From an uncultured Vampirovibrio sp. (GTDB taxonomy: Bacteria > Cyanobacteriota > Vampirovibrionia > Gastranaerophilales > Gastranaerophilaceae), in the NCBI GenBank assembly GCA_910583875.1, contig CAJTXT010000005.1, forward strand, positions 72,104 through 136,103: DNA of 64,000 nt, written 5' to 3'. Of the stretch, positions 1 through 9,754 are shown piece by piece (position 1 is the first letter of the stretch; each line of letters starts with the position of its first letter). Below the pieces are notes generated by a model, which ran no database searches, had not been told where the DNA came from, and worked only from the letters and a program-made list of their open reading frames with translations. A program made the position numbers and the translations under genes.

Positions 1-285
1 TGGCTTAATCTTTTCATGGTCTTTTATTCTATTTTCTTCAATTTGTTTTTTTTGTTCTTCTGTTAAATTTAAACGTTTTTCAAATTCTGCCTTTTTTGCT
101 TCCATTTCTGCTTTTGAGCGTTCATGAGGTCTCATATCGTTATAATGTGGCGAAATTTCTTTTTGTAAAACAAGAGGTGTTTTAGGTGTTTTAGCTGTTT
201 CACCTGAACATTCTGCATAGCTTGCACTATAACTTGTAAAAATTACCATTAAAGCAACTGATGCTAATAATATACTTTTTTTCAT
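1..285 (-). CDS. secreted LTXXQ-motif (Spy/CpxP-like) protein; 3' end runs off the left edge
   Basis: ATG at 285..283 follows an AAGGAG site. Signal peptide MKKSILLASVALMVIF, then 'LNLTEEQKKQIE'. Absent from the ORF track because it is truncated by the window edge. Confidence 0.5.
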   Translation of the reverse strand, partial: MKKSILLASVALMVIFTSYSASYAECSGETAKTPKTPLVLQKEISPHYNDMRPHERSKAEMEAKKAEFEKRLNLTEEQKKQIEENRIKDHEKIKP

Positions 286-295
286 TTAAATCTCC

Positions 296-787
296 TTAAA
301 TTAAATCTGCTAACATAATACTAAGTTCTTTGCGCGCGTTAAATATTCTGGAACGAACTGTTCCAACAGGACATTTGAGTTTTTCGGAAATTTCTTCATA
401 ACTCATATCCTGCATTTCATACATAATTATCACTTCTTTAAATTTTGGTTTTAATGAATCTATAGCATCCATTATCCTCTTTTGTCTTTGTTTTTCTATA
501 AATTGTGATTCTATGTTCTCTTTTGTATCTTTTATTTGTACTAATTCATCTTCTTCAGTAATTATAGTTTGTGAATGTCTAAAATATGCAGACTTCATAT
601 AATCACGGCATAAATTAGCCGTAATTGTACTTATCCAGCTTTTAAACTTACCGGTTTCTTTATATTTATCAAGATTTTTCCAAGTTCTTATATATACTTC
701 TTGTTCTATATCTTCATTATTTGAACCTGTCATATTCGAAATAATTTTACGAATATTATTTTTATATTGTTCTATAATAGATTTCAA
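296..787 (-). CDS. ECF-type sigma-70 family RNA polymerase sigma factor
   Basis: 163 aa. Region 2 'EQEVYIRTWKNLDKY'; region 4 HTH 'MSYEEISEKLKCPVGTVRSRIFNARKEL'. Confidence 0.85.
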   Translation of the reverse strand: MKSIIEQYKNNIRKIISNMTGSNNEDIEQEVYIRTWKNLDKYKETGKFKSWISTITANLCRDYMKSAYFRHSQTIITEEDELVQIKDTKENIESQFIEKQRQKRIMDAIDSLKPKFKEVIIMYEMQDMSYEEISEKLKCPVGTVRSRIFNARKELSIMLADLI

Positions 788-802
788 ATTTTACCCTTTA
801 CT

Positions 803-1156
803 CTATAAGTCTAAAAATCCATATTCATCAGTTGGTAACCCCATTGAAGAAATATAGGAATCATCATATAAATCATTTTGAAGAGTGTAATTATCGTAAA
901 TTTTATATCCTGTAAATGCCGTTAAGCCAATAAACGCAACAAAACAACATGCCAGTTTCTTTACAGCAGATGTTTTTCTTCTTTGCTGTTTTTTTAAATA
1001 TTCAGGAGCAACGCTTTTAACAAGCTTCGAAACTTTAAGGTATTTCTCATGTTCTTTCTGACAATCAGAGCATTCTTTTAAATGTTTATTGAAACTATCT
1101 TCGTCTTGAAAAACAAAATAAGCTTCATATTTATCACATTTTTTATCGTTGTTCAT
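803..1156 (-). CDS. putative zf-HC2-type anti-sigma factor, single-pass membrane protein
   Basis: 'HLKECSDCQKEHEKY' Cys/His motif and one TM segment 'LACCFVAFIGLTAFTGY'. Adjacent to the ECF sigma gene. Confidence 0.5.
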   Translation of the reverse strand: MNNDKKCDKYEAYFVFQDEDSFNKHLKECSDCQKEHEKYLKVSKLVKSVAPEYLKKQQRRKTSAVKKLACCFVAFIGLTAFTGYKIYDNYTLQNDLYDDSYISSMGLPTDEYGFLDL

Positions 1157-1214
1157 TTATTTTTCCTCTTTCATTTATTATAACGAGGTACAAAATTAAA
1201 AAGTTCATTATTTA

Positions 1215-1250
1215 TAAAAAAATGAAGCCGATTTTAATAATCGGCTTCAT
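1215..1250 (-). terminator. rho-independent terminator
   Basis: 12-bp stem atgaagccgatt/aatcggcttcat (1222-1233 / 1239-1250), followed on the minus strand by a T7 run. Confidence 0.6.
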
Positions 1251-1265
1251 TTATATAACTTTGTA

Positions 1266-1763
1266 TTATTTTATAGTTAACTCTGAATTTGTTAACTGAA
1301 AAGAATTATAAAATTCTATAAATCTTTTAGCAAATCTATTAAAAGTAATAGACGGCATTGTATTTTTTAATGAAAATACATAATTAATGCTTTTAGAATC
1401 TAAATCATATAAAGCAGCATCAGAATCTTGATAAATATTATTAAGCTGAACTTGTTTATCTGTATCAGAAAAATCAGTTGAATTATTAATTACTTCTATT
1501 TGAGCCAGATTCTTATTTAATCTTTCTAATGTAATCATCACGGCATTCTTATATTGAGAAGTTGCCATGTTAAAACCATCAAGCCTATATCCTATTAACT
1601 CATTTTTATTAATAAAACTAATATAATCATATTGTGCAAGTTCTTGAAGTTGTCCTTTTTTGAAATTTATATCATACTCAGACGTAACTGCAGCTTCTGC
1701 TTGAATAAAACAACCAAGTAATAATAAAACCGGAAGTATAAATTTAAACATATTCTTTATCAA
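1266..1763 (-). CDS. hypothetical lipoprotein
   Basis: 165 aa. Signal peptide with lipobox 'LLLGC'. No recognisable domain. Confidence 0.55.
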   Translation of the reverse strand: MIKNMFKFILPVLLLLGCFIQAEAAVTSEYDINFKKGQLQELAQYDYISFINKNELIGYRLDGFNMATSQYKNAVMITLERLNKNLAQIEVINNSTDFSDTDKQVQLNNIYQDSDAALYDLDSKSINYVFSLKNTMPSITFNRFAKRFIEFYNSFQLTNSELTIK

Positions 1764-1774
1764 AACAGCTCTCC

Positions 1775-2194
1775 TTATTTTTGTAAGAAATTCTTAAATG
1801 CATCTTGAACATTAATTTGTTCAGCCTTATATTGGCTATATTGGTCAAGAGTCATAACAGCTCTATAATCAGCTTCTGTTTTTTGCTCTAATAACTTTTG
1901 CTGAGTTTTTAGTGATGAAATATTTCTTTCATAAGCACTTGTTAAAAGATTAATTTGCTGTTGTGTTTTTTCTTTATCCTTTTTCACTTGAATTAATTTA
2001 TTATTATATTCCATAATTCTATTTTCAAGTGCATCATTTTCCTTTTTATAATTTTGCTGTATTTGTGTTAATTTTTCTACTTGAGTTGGAGTTATACCGT
2101 CAAGTGTTTCAAATGGAGCAGCATAAGCACCTGTAATGCAAAAAGAACAAATTAACATAAATGTAAATATACTCTTTTTCATATAAAACCTCAT
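1775..2194 (-). CDS. periplasmic coiled-coil protein with an LTXXQ-like motif
   Basis: Signal peptide 'MKKSIFTFMLICSFCITGAYA' (the start may be the internal Met at 2182). 'ITPTQVEKLTQIQ' motif and a heptad-rich remainder. Confidence 0.5.
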   Translation of the reverse strand: MRFYMKKSIFTFMLICSFCITGAYAAPFETLDGITPTQVEKLTQIQQNYKKENDALENRIMEYNNKLIQVKKDKEKTQQQINLLTSAYERNISSLKTQQKLLEQKTEADYRAVMTLDQYSQYKAEQINVQDAFKNFLQK

Positions 2195-2197
2195 TTC

Positions 2198-2593
2198 CTA
2201 ATCATTATAAGCTGAATATTCTTTAGATTTTTCCTTCCATTCTGTTTCTTCCATACAGAAAGCATGATTCCAAAATCTTTCTAAAGCATAAGTTTCACGT
2301 TCTTCACGATGTAAAATATGTACAATTACATCACCATAATCTAAAAGATTCCATCTGTTTTTTGTATCGTTTTCTTCACCGATGGGAATTCTTTCGAAAG
2401 CATCTTTAACTTTTTCTCTTACATAACCTGTTAAAGCTTTAACATGGGTAGGTGAATCTGAAGAACATATAACAAAATAATCTGCAAGAACAGAAATATT
2501 TGAAATATTCAATATTTTTATATCTTTTGCCTGTCTGTCATCAAGAACACGTGCTATCACACTGGCAAATTTATCTGATGAAATATCTTTCAT
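2198..2593 (-). CDS. rsfS: ribosome silencing factor RsfS (iojap-like)
   Basis: 131 aa. 'LADYFVICSSDSPTHVKAL' and 'WNLLDYGDVIVHILHREERETYALERFW' are typical of RsfS. Confidence 0.85.
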   Translation of the reverse strand: MKDISSDKFASVIARVLDDRQAKDIKILNISNISVLADYFVICSSDSPTHVKALTGYVREKVKDAFERIPIGEENDTKNRWNLLDYGDVIVHILHREERETYALERFWNHAFCMEETEWKEKSKEYSAYND

Positions 2594-2650
2594 TTATTAT
2601 TTCTCCGTTTCTATGCAAGCATTATAACACACTACAAAGAATACAGGAAA

Positions 2651-3634
2651 TTATATATAATTCTTTAAATTTGTATTTACATTATTATTTCGGCAAAGTT
2701 TTTTTAATTTACTCATTGCACGATTTTCAATCTGCCTTATTCTTTCTCTTGAAACACCATAATATGTTCCGATTTCTTCAAGAGTTTTCTTTTCTCCATT
2801 ATCATCCATGCCATAACGCATAATTAAAACATTACGTTCTTTTTCACTTAAATGATTAAGCATTTTCTTAATATCACAAAATAAACTATCTTGAGTAACT
2901 TTTGTATCAGGTGATAAAGTGCTTTCATCAACGATAAAATCTGATAATTTAGCATTTTCATCTTTCTGGTTAGCAGGAGATTCTATACTAATAGTTCCTT
3001 GAGCAGATTCTATTAAAGCTGTAAGTTTTTGAACAGGCATTCCAATTTTATAAGCTATTTCTTCTTTTGTAGGTGCTGTGCCATTTTCGATAGTTAAATC
3101 TAATGAAATTTTCTTAATCTTACTTAAAGTTTCAATCATATGTACAGGTAATCTTATTAGTCGTGATTTATCAGCAATAGCACGAGTAATAGCCTGCTGT
3201 ATCCACCAAGTTGCATAAGTCGAAAATTTATATCCCTTAGAATAATCAAATTTTTCTGCACTGCGCATTAGTCCCATATTACCTTCTTGAATCAAATCAA
3301 GAAAAGAAAGACCTCTGCCTATATATTTTTTAGCTATGCTTACAACTAATCTCAAATTGGCATTTACAAGAATTTTTTTTGCTTCTTCTGAATTTTCTTC
3401 TTTTATTTTTTTTGCAACTTCTAATTCTTCTTCTGAACTTAATAGTTTTATTTTACCTATTTGTTGTAGATAGATTTTAACCGAATCATCAGCAATAGCA
3501 CTATTTTGCGTTTCCGGAATTTTAGGTTCTTCCACAGCCGCGATTATATCTTCTCCATCAATCGGTGAGCTATTATAATCTTGTGATTGAAAATCTTCTT
3601 CTTTTAAAGAATATTTATCCTGTTCGTCAGACAT
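2651..3634 (-). CDS. rpoD: primary (group 1) RNA polymerase sigma factor
   Basis: '[12 protein letters not shown]', '[12 protein letters not shown]', '[43 protein letters not shown]', 'IRLPVHM' and '[27 protein letters not shown]'. Confidence 0.92.
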   Translation of the reverse strand: MSDEQDKYSLKEEDFQSQDYNSSPIDGEDIIAAVEEPKIPETQNSAIADDSVKIYLQQIGKIKLLSSEEELEVAKKIKEENSEEAKKILVNANLRLVVSIAKKYIGRGLSFLDLIQEGNMGLMRSAEKFDYSKGYKFSTYATWWIQQAITRAIADKSRLIRLPVHMIETLSKIKKISLDLTIENGTAPTKEEIAYKIGMPVQKLTALIESAQGTISIESPANQKDENAKLSDFIVDESTLSPDTKVTQDSLFCDIKKMLNHLSEKERNVLIMRYGMDDNGEKKTLEEIGTYYGVSRERIRQIENRAMSKLKKLCRNNNVNTNLKNYI

Positions 3635-3655
3635 TACTCCTCCAATAATTACTTA

Positions 3656-4405
3656 TTATACAATATTCCCCGATTTTTGTATTGTTTGTTTTACAGATTC
3701 ATATATCACAATACTTGCAGCATTGGCAACATTTAAAGAATCAAAATTCGTTAACATAGGAATTTTTATTTTATAATCGGCTTTCTTTAAAATTGTTGTT
3801 GAAATACCTTCCTTCTCGGAGCCCATAACTATTGCAAAATTCATATCACAATAATCAATGTCATAATAATTATCTTTAGCATCTAAATCCGTTGCAATTA
3901 TCCAGAAGTTGTTATCCTTTAGTTTATCTATTATAGAAGATAAGCTATTAACCATAATTAAATCAATGTGATTAATTGCGCCTGCTGATGATTTTTCAAC
4001 CGTAGCATTAATTACAGAATTTCTTCTAGAAGGAAATATTATAGCATCAAAACCAGCGCACACTGCAGTTCTTATTATTGAACCCATGTTATGAGGATCT
4101 TCTACCCCATCTGTTATAATTACTTTTTTGTATTCTTTCTTTTTTTTAAGAAAATCCTCAAACTCTACATAACTTATCGGTGAAACGTATGCTATAACAC
4201 CTTGATGAGAATATTCTTTATACTTAAAAAACTTTTCTTTTGGAATAAATTGAAAAACTATACCCTTATTTTTTGCTATTTCAATTATTTGAGAAATCTT
4301 TGGATTCTCCCTCATACCCTTCATTAAGAGTATTTTACTTACACTTCTTGTGCCTTCTTGCAAGAGTTCAAGTACATTATTTCTGCCAAAAACAAAATCT
4401 TCCAT
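3656..4405 (-). CDS. rlmB: SpoU/TrmH-family 23S rRNA 2'-O-methyltransferase (RlmB-like)
   Basis: 249 aa. 'FGRNNVLELL', 'DGVEDPHNMGSIIRTA', 'VMGSEKEGIS' and 'IPMLTNFDSLNVANAASIVIYE'. Confidence 0.8.
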   Translation of the reverse strand: MEDFVFGRNNVLELLQEGTRSVSKILLMKGMRENPKISQIIEIAKNKGIVFQFIPKEKFFKYKEYSHQGVIAYVSPISYVEFEDFLKKKKEYKKVIITDGVEDPHNMGSIIRTAVCAGFDAIIFPSRRNSVINATVEKSSAGAINHIDLIMVNSLSSIIDKLKDNNFWIIATDLDAKDNYYDIDYCDMNFAIVMGSEKEGISTTILKKADYKIKIPMLTNFDSLNVANAASIVIYESVKQTIQKSGNIV

Positions 4406-4569
4406 TAATTTTAACCATTTTCTACATTACAAACTTCCCTTATTATACATTAAATGATATAGTAAAAGAAAGAAATTCATTCATTAAGTTTCTTTTCAAA
4501 AATGAATTTATAAAATATTATTGTATAATATTGTTATACTGTGTGAAAAAAGTAGGTTAATATAAAGAT

Positions 4570-6234
4570 ATGTTAGAAAAACTGGGATTTAAAAAGAGAA
4601 CACATGTTGGTATTTCACTATCGGCAAATAATTTTATAGAATTGGTTTGTATTGATAAAAATACAAAAACAGTTGTAAGATACTCATCCGGAAATATAAA
4701 ATATAATAACGCAATAAGAGAAATTATAGATTTTGAAGAATTTACTGAAGTAGTAGAGGGTTTATTTGAAGATGCAGGACTTGATCCTAAAAACTGTAGC
4801 ATTACATTAAACCTTCCCAATGTTCATTTTGGTATCACTACTTTAGATAATGCTTCTGAAACACCTTTTATAGTAGAAAATTTACAGTCTGAAATTGAAG
4901 ACTTATATATATTTAAAAGAAATGAACCTATTATTTCATACTCTATATTAGATGGTGACGCTGGACGTAGTCAGAAGAATATAGTATATAGCGCAATTCA
5001 AACAAAAATTGTTGTTAAACTTATCGAAATTTTTGATAATATGGAAGCTGAATTAGTAAGAATTGATACTTCTTACTCTTCAATGTTAAAAGCTATCCAG
5101 TTCTGTGACAGATTTAACAAATATGTTCAAAAAGAAGAAAAAACAGCGATATTACTAATTACACCAAATAGCTGTTGCTCATTCTACTTAAATGAAGCAA
5201 CTATTGTTGATTGTATTGAAGAACCATTAGCCGTTAAGTCTTTTTCTACAGAAGAAGTTTATTCTACAATTTCTAAAATAGCTGCAAATACTATTTCAAA
5301 AAATAATCCTCAGTCATTATTAATTATTAGCGAAACAGATGAGGTTAATTCAGAGTTATTAGCACAACGTCTAGAATTTTCTGGAGAAGTTGATTGCATT
5401 AATAAAAGTATAAATACAAATGAGCAATTTATTGAAGTTTCCGGTGTCGGGTCTGACATTGATGCAAACATGATATCTTATATGACAATTGAAGCTGTTG
5501 GTGCCGCTGCATCTGATTATGACGAATATCCGTTAAATATAAACTTCTTGCCGCCTGAAAGAATTAATGAAAATTTAGTTCAGGTTGGAGAATATGAAGT
5601 TGAATTTTCAAGATTAATTATTGTATCTTTAGTTACTGCTATATTAGCAGCTGCAATTATTTGTATAATTGTTTTATCTTTCTTAGGTTCAAGAATAAAT
5701 GTTTTAGAAAATAAAAATAATTCAATAGAAAAAGATATTAAAGTATTCCGTGAAACAGTTACTGATAATGATAAAGCTAATAAAAAAGATATTGTTCCTA
5801 TTTTAACAAAGATATTAGAAACAAATAAAAATGTTATAGATGTATATAATGCATTAGCAACAGATGCCCCTGAATCTATATACATAAAGAAATTTGTTAC
5901 AAATCCAGAAGGCGGAATTGGTATTCAAGGTGAAACAACAACAAGTGAATCTGTTCAAGATTTTGTAAAAGGATTAAGAGAAAAAAATGCGGATTTAATG
6001 TTGTCAAAATTATCTGTTAATACAAAAGAAGATCCTGTTCCTGCTAAAATTCAAAATGGATTTACTTTTGAAATTAAAACATCAAAAACTAATGTATCTC
6101 TTGATGATAATACTGCTATTAATCCAATGCTTCAAAATACACTTAATGCAGTAAATCAAAATCAGAATCAAAGGGCTGTTCCGAACAGAAGCAATCCTGT
6201 TCCATTGCTGCCACCACCATCTCCAGTAATATAA
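4570..6234 (+). CDS. type IV pilus assembly protein, PilM-like actin-fold domain fused to a PilN-like TM/periplasmic domain
   Basis: 554 aa. N-terminal 'HVGISLSANNFIELVCID' resembles PilM. One TM segment 'LIIVSLVTAILAAAIICIIVL' at about residue 350, followed by a periplasmic domain. A PilO-like gene lies next to it. Confidence 0.5.
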   Translation: MLEKLGFKKRTHVGISLSANNFIELVCIDKNTKTVVRYSSGNIKYNNAIREIIDFEEFTEVVEGLFEDAGLDPKNCSITLNLPNVHFGITTLDNASETPFIVENLQSEIEDLYIFKRNEPIISYSILDGDAGRSQKNIVYSAIQTKIVVKLIEIFDNMEAELVRIDTSYSSMLKAIQFCDRFNKYVQKEEKTAILLITPNSCCSFYLNEATIVDCIEEPLAVKSFSTEEVYSTISKIAANTISKNNPQSLLIISETDEVNSELLAQRLEFSGEVDCINKSINTNEQFIEVSGVGSDIDANMISYMTIEAVGAAASDYDEYPLNINFLPPERINENLVQVGEYEVEFSRLIIVSLVTAILAAAIICIIVLSFLGSRINVLENKNNSIEKDIKVFRETVTDNDKANKKDIVPILTKILETNKNVIDVYNALATDAPESIYIKKFVTNPEGGIGIQGETTTSESVQDFVKGLREKNADLMLSKLSVNTKEDPVPAKIQNGFTFEIKTSKTNVSLDDNTAINPMLQNTLNAVNQNQNQRAVPNRSNPVPLLPPPSPVI

Positions 6235-6250
6235 ACTAATAGAGGAAATT

Positions 6251-6883
6251 ATGAATAAAAGAAATAAAAAATTAGTTCCAGCTGTTTTTGCTCTTTCAAC
6301 TTTAATATTTATTTTAATTGTATTCTTTACTATAAATCCTAAATTTGAAGAATATCAAGAAGCACAAATAAAAAACTCAAAGATTAATGTTGACAGAGAA
6401 AATCTTGAAGATCAAATTACAAAAATAAAAGCAGAACAAGAACAAGAAGATATAAAAATGCAATCATTAAAGACTGTATATAAGTCTGAAATTGAATCAA
6501 GCAATGATAATCTTGGAATGTTTGGCAGTATGTTTGATGATATTATTAAACTTGCTCAAAACAACAGTTTATTAATTCGTTCAATTGAATATGATATGAG
6601 ACCGGAAACAGATCCTATTTATGCTGAGAATTCAGATAGTTATAATGTTTGCGAATTAAAATTCTTTTTTGTCGGAACTTATTCTCAATTAGGAGCTTTC
6701 CTAGCTGATATAAATAATCGTTTTCAATATCTAGTATATGTATCAAAATTAGATGTTACAGCATTTGCTTCTAATACAGATTATTTATTAATAAATTCTT
6801 CTATAACTTTATATTCAAAGAAACCTGACTCTGAAGCAGCAGCAAACAAAAATTCTAGAGCAAGAAAGAAACAACCACTATAA
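6251..6883 (+). CDS. PilO-like pilus assembly protein
   Basis: 210 aa with an N-terminal TM segment, a coiled coil and a C-terminal globular region. Lies 17 nt downstream of the PilM/N-like gene. Confidence 0.45.
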   Translation: MNKRNKKLVPAVFALSTLIFILIVFFTINPKFEEYQEAQIKNSKINVDRENLEDQITKIKAEQEQEDIKMQSLKTVYKSEIESSNDNLGMFGSMFDDIIKLAQNNSLLIRSIEYDMRPETDPIYAENSDSYNVCELKFFFVGTYSQLGAFLADINNRFQYLVYVSKLDVTAFASNTDYLLINSSITLYSKKPDSEAAANKNSRARKKQPL

Positions 6884-6894
6884 AAACAATAATT

Positions 6895-7314
6895 TTATTT
6901 AATTTGAAAAGAACATTTACTGCATTGTGCCTTTGGGTGCAATGCAATATTATTTTCCAAATCTAATAAACGGACTACCTTTGTAATTAATTTAGCAGAA
7001 CAAATAGGACATCTTAAGTTTTCTGTTTCACCTTGTAATATAGCTTTTTTGACACTATCTACATAACCTTTTGTAACTGCATCATAAGAAACAAGAAGTA
7101 TGCGTTCATATTCTTTTATTTCAGAAGGATTTACTTTGAGTCCTTTTGCTAATTTTTGACGCACCGTAGCAGGAAGAAATAAATCTTTTCCTGCCTCAAT
7201 ATCTTCTATTTGTTCAACCGTTAAACCTGTTTTTTTAGCTAAGCCAACTACAGAGAAACCCGCTTTTTCGCGAGTTTCTCTTACATATTCTGCTAATGAT
7301 TTTAATTCTGTCAT
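6895..7314 (-). CDS. XRE-family HTH protein with a C-terminal zinc ribbon
   Basis: 'LAEYVRETREKAGFSVVGLAKKTGLTVEQIEDIEAGK' plus 'CPICSAKL...CSKCSF'. Its start overlaps the secF stop. Confidence 0.6.
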   Translation of the reverse strand: MTELKSLAEYVRETREKAGFSVVGLAKKTGLTVEQIEDIEAGKDLFLPATVRQKLAKGLKVNPSEIKEYERILLVSYDAVTKGYVDSVKKAILQGETENLRCPICSAKLITKVVRLLDLENNIALHPKAQCSKCSFQIK

Positions 7315-8309
7315 TATACGCCTGCTTTTGCCTTTTTAGCTTGTTCAATGTCATTCCATAGCGCAACTAATGTACTTGCAAAGAAAATACTTGAATAAGT
7401 ACCAATTGCAATACCCAAAATCATAACAAGTACAAAGTCTTTTGTTGTAACACCGCCAAAGAAATATAATGCACCAAGTGTAATTAATGTTGTTAAAGAA
7501 GTATTTATACTTCTTGCTAATGTTTGGTTTACTGATGCATTTACAATATCATCATAAGTTGCTTTTTTAGAATAGAATTTTAAATTTTCTCTAATTCTGT
7601 CAAATACAACAATAGTATCATGAACGCTAAAACCAAGAACAGTAAGAATAGCCGTTACAAACAAACTGTCAATATGCACACCATACAATAAACCCAATAT
7701 TGAGAAAACACCTATAACAAAGATTACATCATGAAATAATGCAAGAAATGCAACTATTGCAAACTCAAAATGAAATCTTACAGTTAAGTATATTACAATA
7801 CCAAGCAAAGCAAGAGCAATTGCTGTCATTGAGTTAACAAATAACTGTTTACCTAATAGCGGTCCTACTGAGTTTACTTGCTCTAACTGTGCATCAGGAT
7901 ACTCTGCAGTAATAACTTCAGTAACTTTATCAATGACATTATCATCAGTATTTTCTGTTTCTACTTTTGAGTTATCTGCACCTGCAAATTGAGTTTTTAT
8001 AGAAATATGGTCTTTTTCTCCCGATTTTAAAACTTGGATAACAGGATTTTCAATACCGTTATCTGTTAATTTTGTTCTAAGTTCACCGATTTTATCAGTT
8101 GAAACAGATTCATTAACCTCATACTGAACAATTCTACCGCCTGTAAAATCAATACCAACTAATAGTGGTGAATGTGTCGGATATACTTTCATTGAATAGA
8201 ACATCGCAAAAATACCCGGCAATAATAATATTGCAGATAATGCTAACCATATCCATCTATATTTAACTACATCTATTATTCTTTTTGTGTTTAAAACACT
8301 ATATGACAT
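7314..8309 (-). CDS. secF: protein translocase subunit SecF
   Basis: 331 aa, six-TM pattern, 'GIDFTGG', 'HDTIVVFDRIREN'. Confidence 0.9.
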   Translation of the reverse strand: MSYSVLNTKRIIDVVKYRWIWLALSAILLLPGIFAMFYSMKVYPTHSPLLVGIDFTGGRIVQYEVNESVSTDKIGELRTKLTDNGIENPVIQVLKSGEKDHISIKTQFAGADNSKVETENTDDNVIDKVTEVITAEYPDAQLEQVNSVGPLLGKQLFVNSMTAIALALLGIVIYLTVRFHFEFAIVAFLALFHDVIFVIGVFSILGLLYGVHIDSLFVTAILTVLGFSVHDTIVVFDRIRENLKFYSKKATYDDIVNASVNQTLARSINTSLTTLITLGALYFFGGVTTKDFVLVMILGIAIGTYSSIFFASTLVALWNDIEQAKKAKAGV

Positions 8310-8331
8310 TTTATTTACTCCTCAAATTCTA

Positions 8332-9633
8332 TTAATCTAAAACACCGAATTTAGCTTTTTCACGTTTTGTTTCAGAAGCTTCATAAGCTTCATTAATATC
8401 TGATTCTTTCAATCCAAATAATGCAGGGTGTTTTAATTGTCCTGTACCAAACATTAAATGCATAAAGTTTTTAGTAACCGTAATTGCTGAAAACATACTA
8501 ACAAGTACACCTATAGCAAGTGTTAAAGCAAAACCTTTAACAATATTTGAACCTAAGAAATATAGAATAACGCAGGTAATTATTGTTGACATATTTGAGT
8601 CAAAAATACTTGTAAACGCTCTATCGAAACCTGAATTTATAGCTGTAAATAAAGTTCTGCCTGCTTTTAATTCTTCTTTCGTTCTTTCAAAAATAAGTAT
8701 GTTAGCATCTACTGCCATACCAATACTTAAAATAAAACCTGCAATACCTGCTAATGTTAATGTTACAGGAACCATTTTAAATATTGCAAATACAATTAAA
8801 GAATAAATTATAAGAGCAATATTAGCAATTAAACCGGGAACTCTGTACCAGAAAATCATAAATAACATTACAGCACCAAGCCCGATTACACCGGCTGTTT
8901 TACTTTTATCTAAACTATCAGCACCTAAAGTAGGACCAACAATATTTTCTTCTATAATTTTTGCAGGAACAGGAAGTGCACCAGCATTCAATAAATCTAC
9001 TATTTTCTTTGCACCGTCGTGTGTGAAATCACCTGTTATCTGAGCGTGACCACCTGTAATTTCTTGTTGAACAACAGGTTCTGAAATACTATCACCATTA
9101 AAGTAAATAGCAATAGGATAGCCTTTAAATTCCCTTGTTAATTTTGCAAATTTATTAGCACCTTTGCCGCTAAATTCAAGTGTTATAAGCCATCTGCCGG
9201 CATTATCAGTTCCAACTGCGGCTTTATTTAAGTCTTCACCAGATAAACCTGATGGTTCCCAGCCTTTTACTTCACCGTTTTCATCTATTACAGGTTTTTT
9301 AAAATCAAGCTCAGCTGTCTCACCTAAGAATTCTCTTGCCAATTTTGGATCTGAAATATTAGGGATTTCTATTAATAAACGTTTATCTCCCATTTGCTGT
9401 ACCATTGTTTCTGATACACCAAGAGCATTAACTCTGTTTTCAATAGCTGTTTTTAAACCATCCATCATATCTTGAGTAATTGTTGATATTGTTTCTGTAG
9501 TTTGAGCTTCAAGTACAATTCTTGAACCGCCAACCAAATCCAGACCTAACGGAATAGGCTTTACTTTGATAACTACAATGGAAATAATAGTAAGAACGAC
9601 TATTATCCAAAACATAATTATTTTATTCTTCAT
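8332..9633 (-). CDS. secD: protein translocase subunit SecD
   Basis: 433 aa, 'LGLDLVGGSRIVLE', 'GPTLGADSL', 'GMAVDANILIFERTKEE'. Confidence 0.9.
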   Translation of the reverse strand: MKNKIIMFWIIVVLTIISIVVIKVKPIPLGLDLVGGSRIVLEAQTTETISTITQDMMDGLKTAIENRVNALGVSETMVQQMGDKRLLIEIPNISDPKLAREFLGETAELDFKKPVIDENGEVKGWEPSGLSGEDLNKAAVGTDNAGRWLITLEFSGKGANKFAKLTREFKGYPIAIYFNGDSISEPVVQQEITGGHAQITGDFTHDGAKKIVDLLNAGALPVPAKIIEENIVGPTLGADSLDKSKTAGVIGLGAVMLFMIFWYRVPGLIANIALIIYSLIVFAIFKMVPVTLTLAGIAGFILSIGMAVDANILIFERTKEELKAGRTLFTAINSGFDRAFTSIFDSNMSTIITCVILYFLGSNIVKGFALTLAIGVLVSMFSAITVTKNFMHLMFGTGQLKHPALFGLKESDINEAYEASETKREKAKFGVLD

Positions 9634-9754
9634 AAAAATCCCCTGTATAATATAAAATACTTATTAATTTTAGCAAAAAAACATCTTGCATACATAAATT
9701 GTTGCAAAAACTTTAAATAAAAATATTAATAAAAATAATTACCCTAATGGGTAA

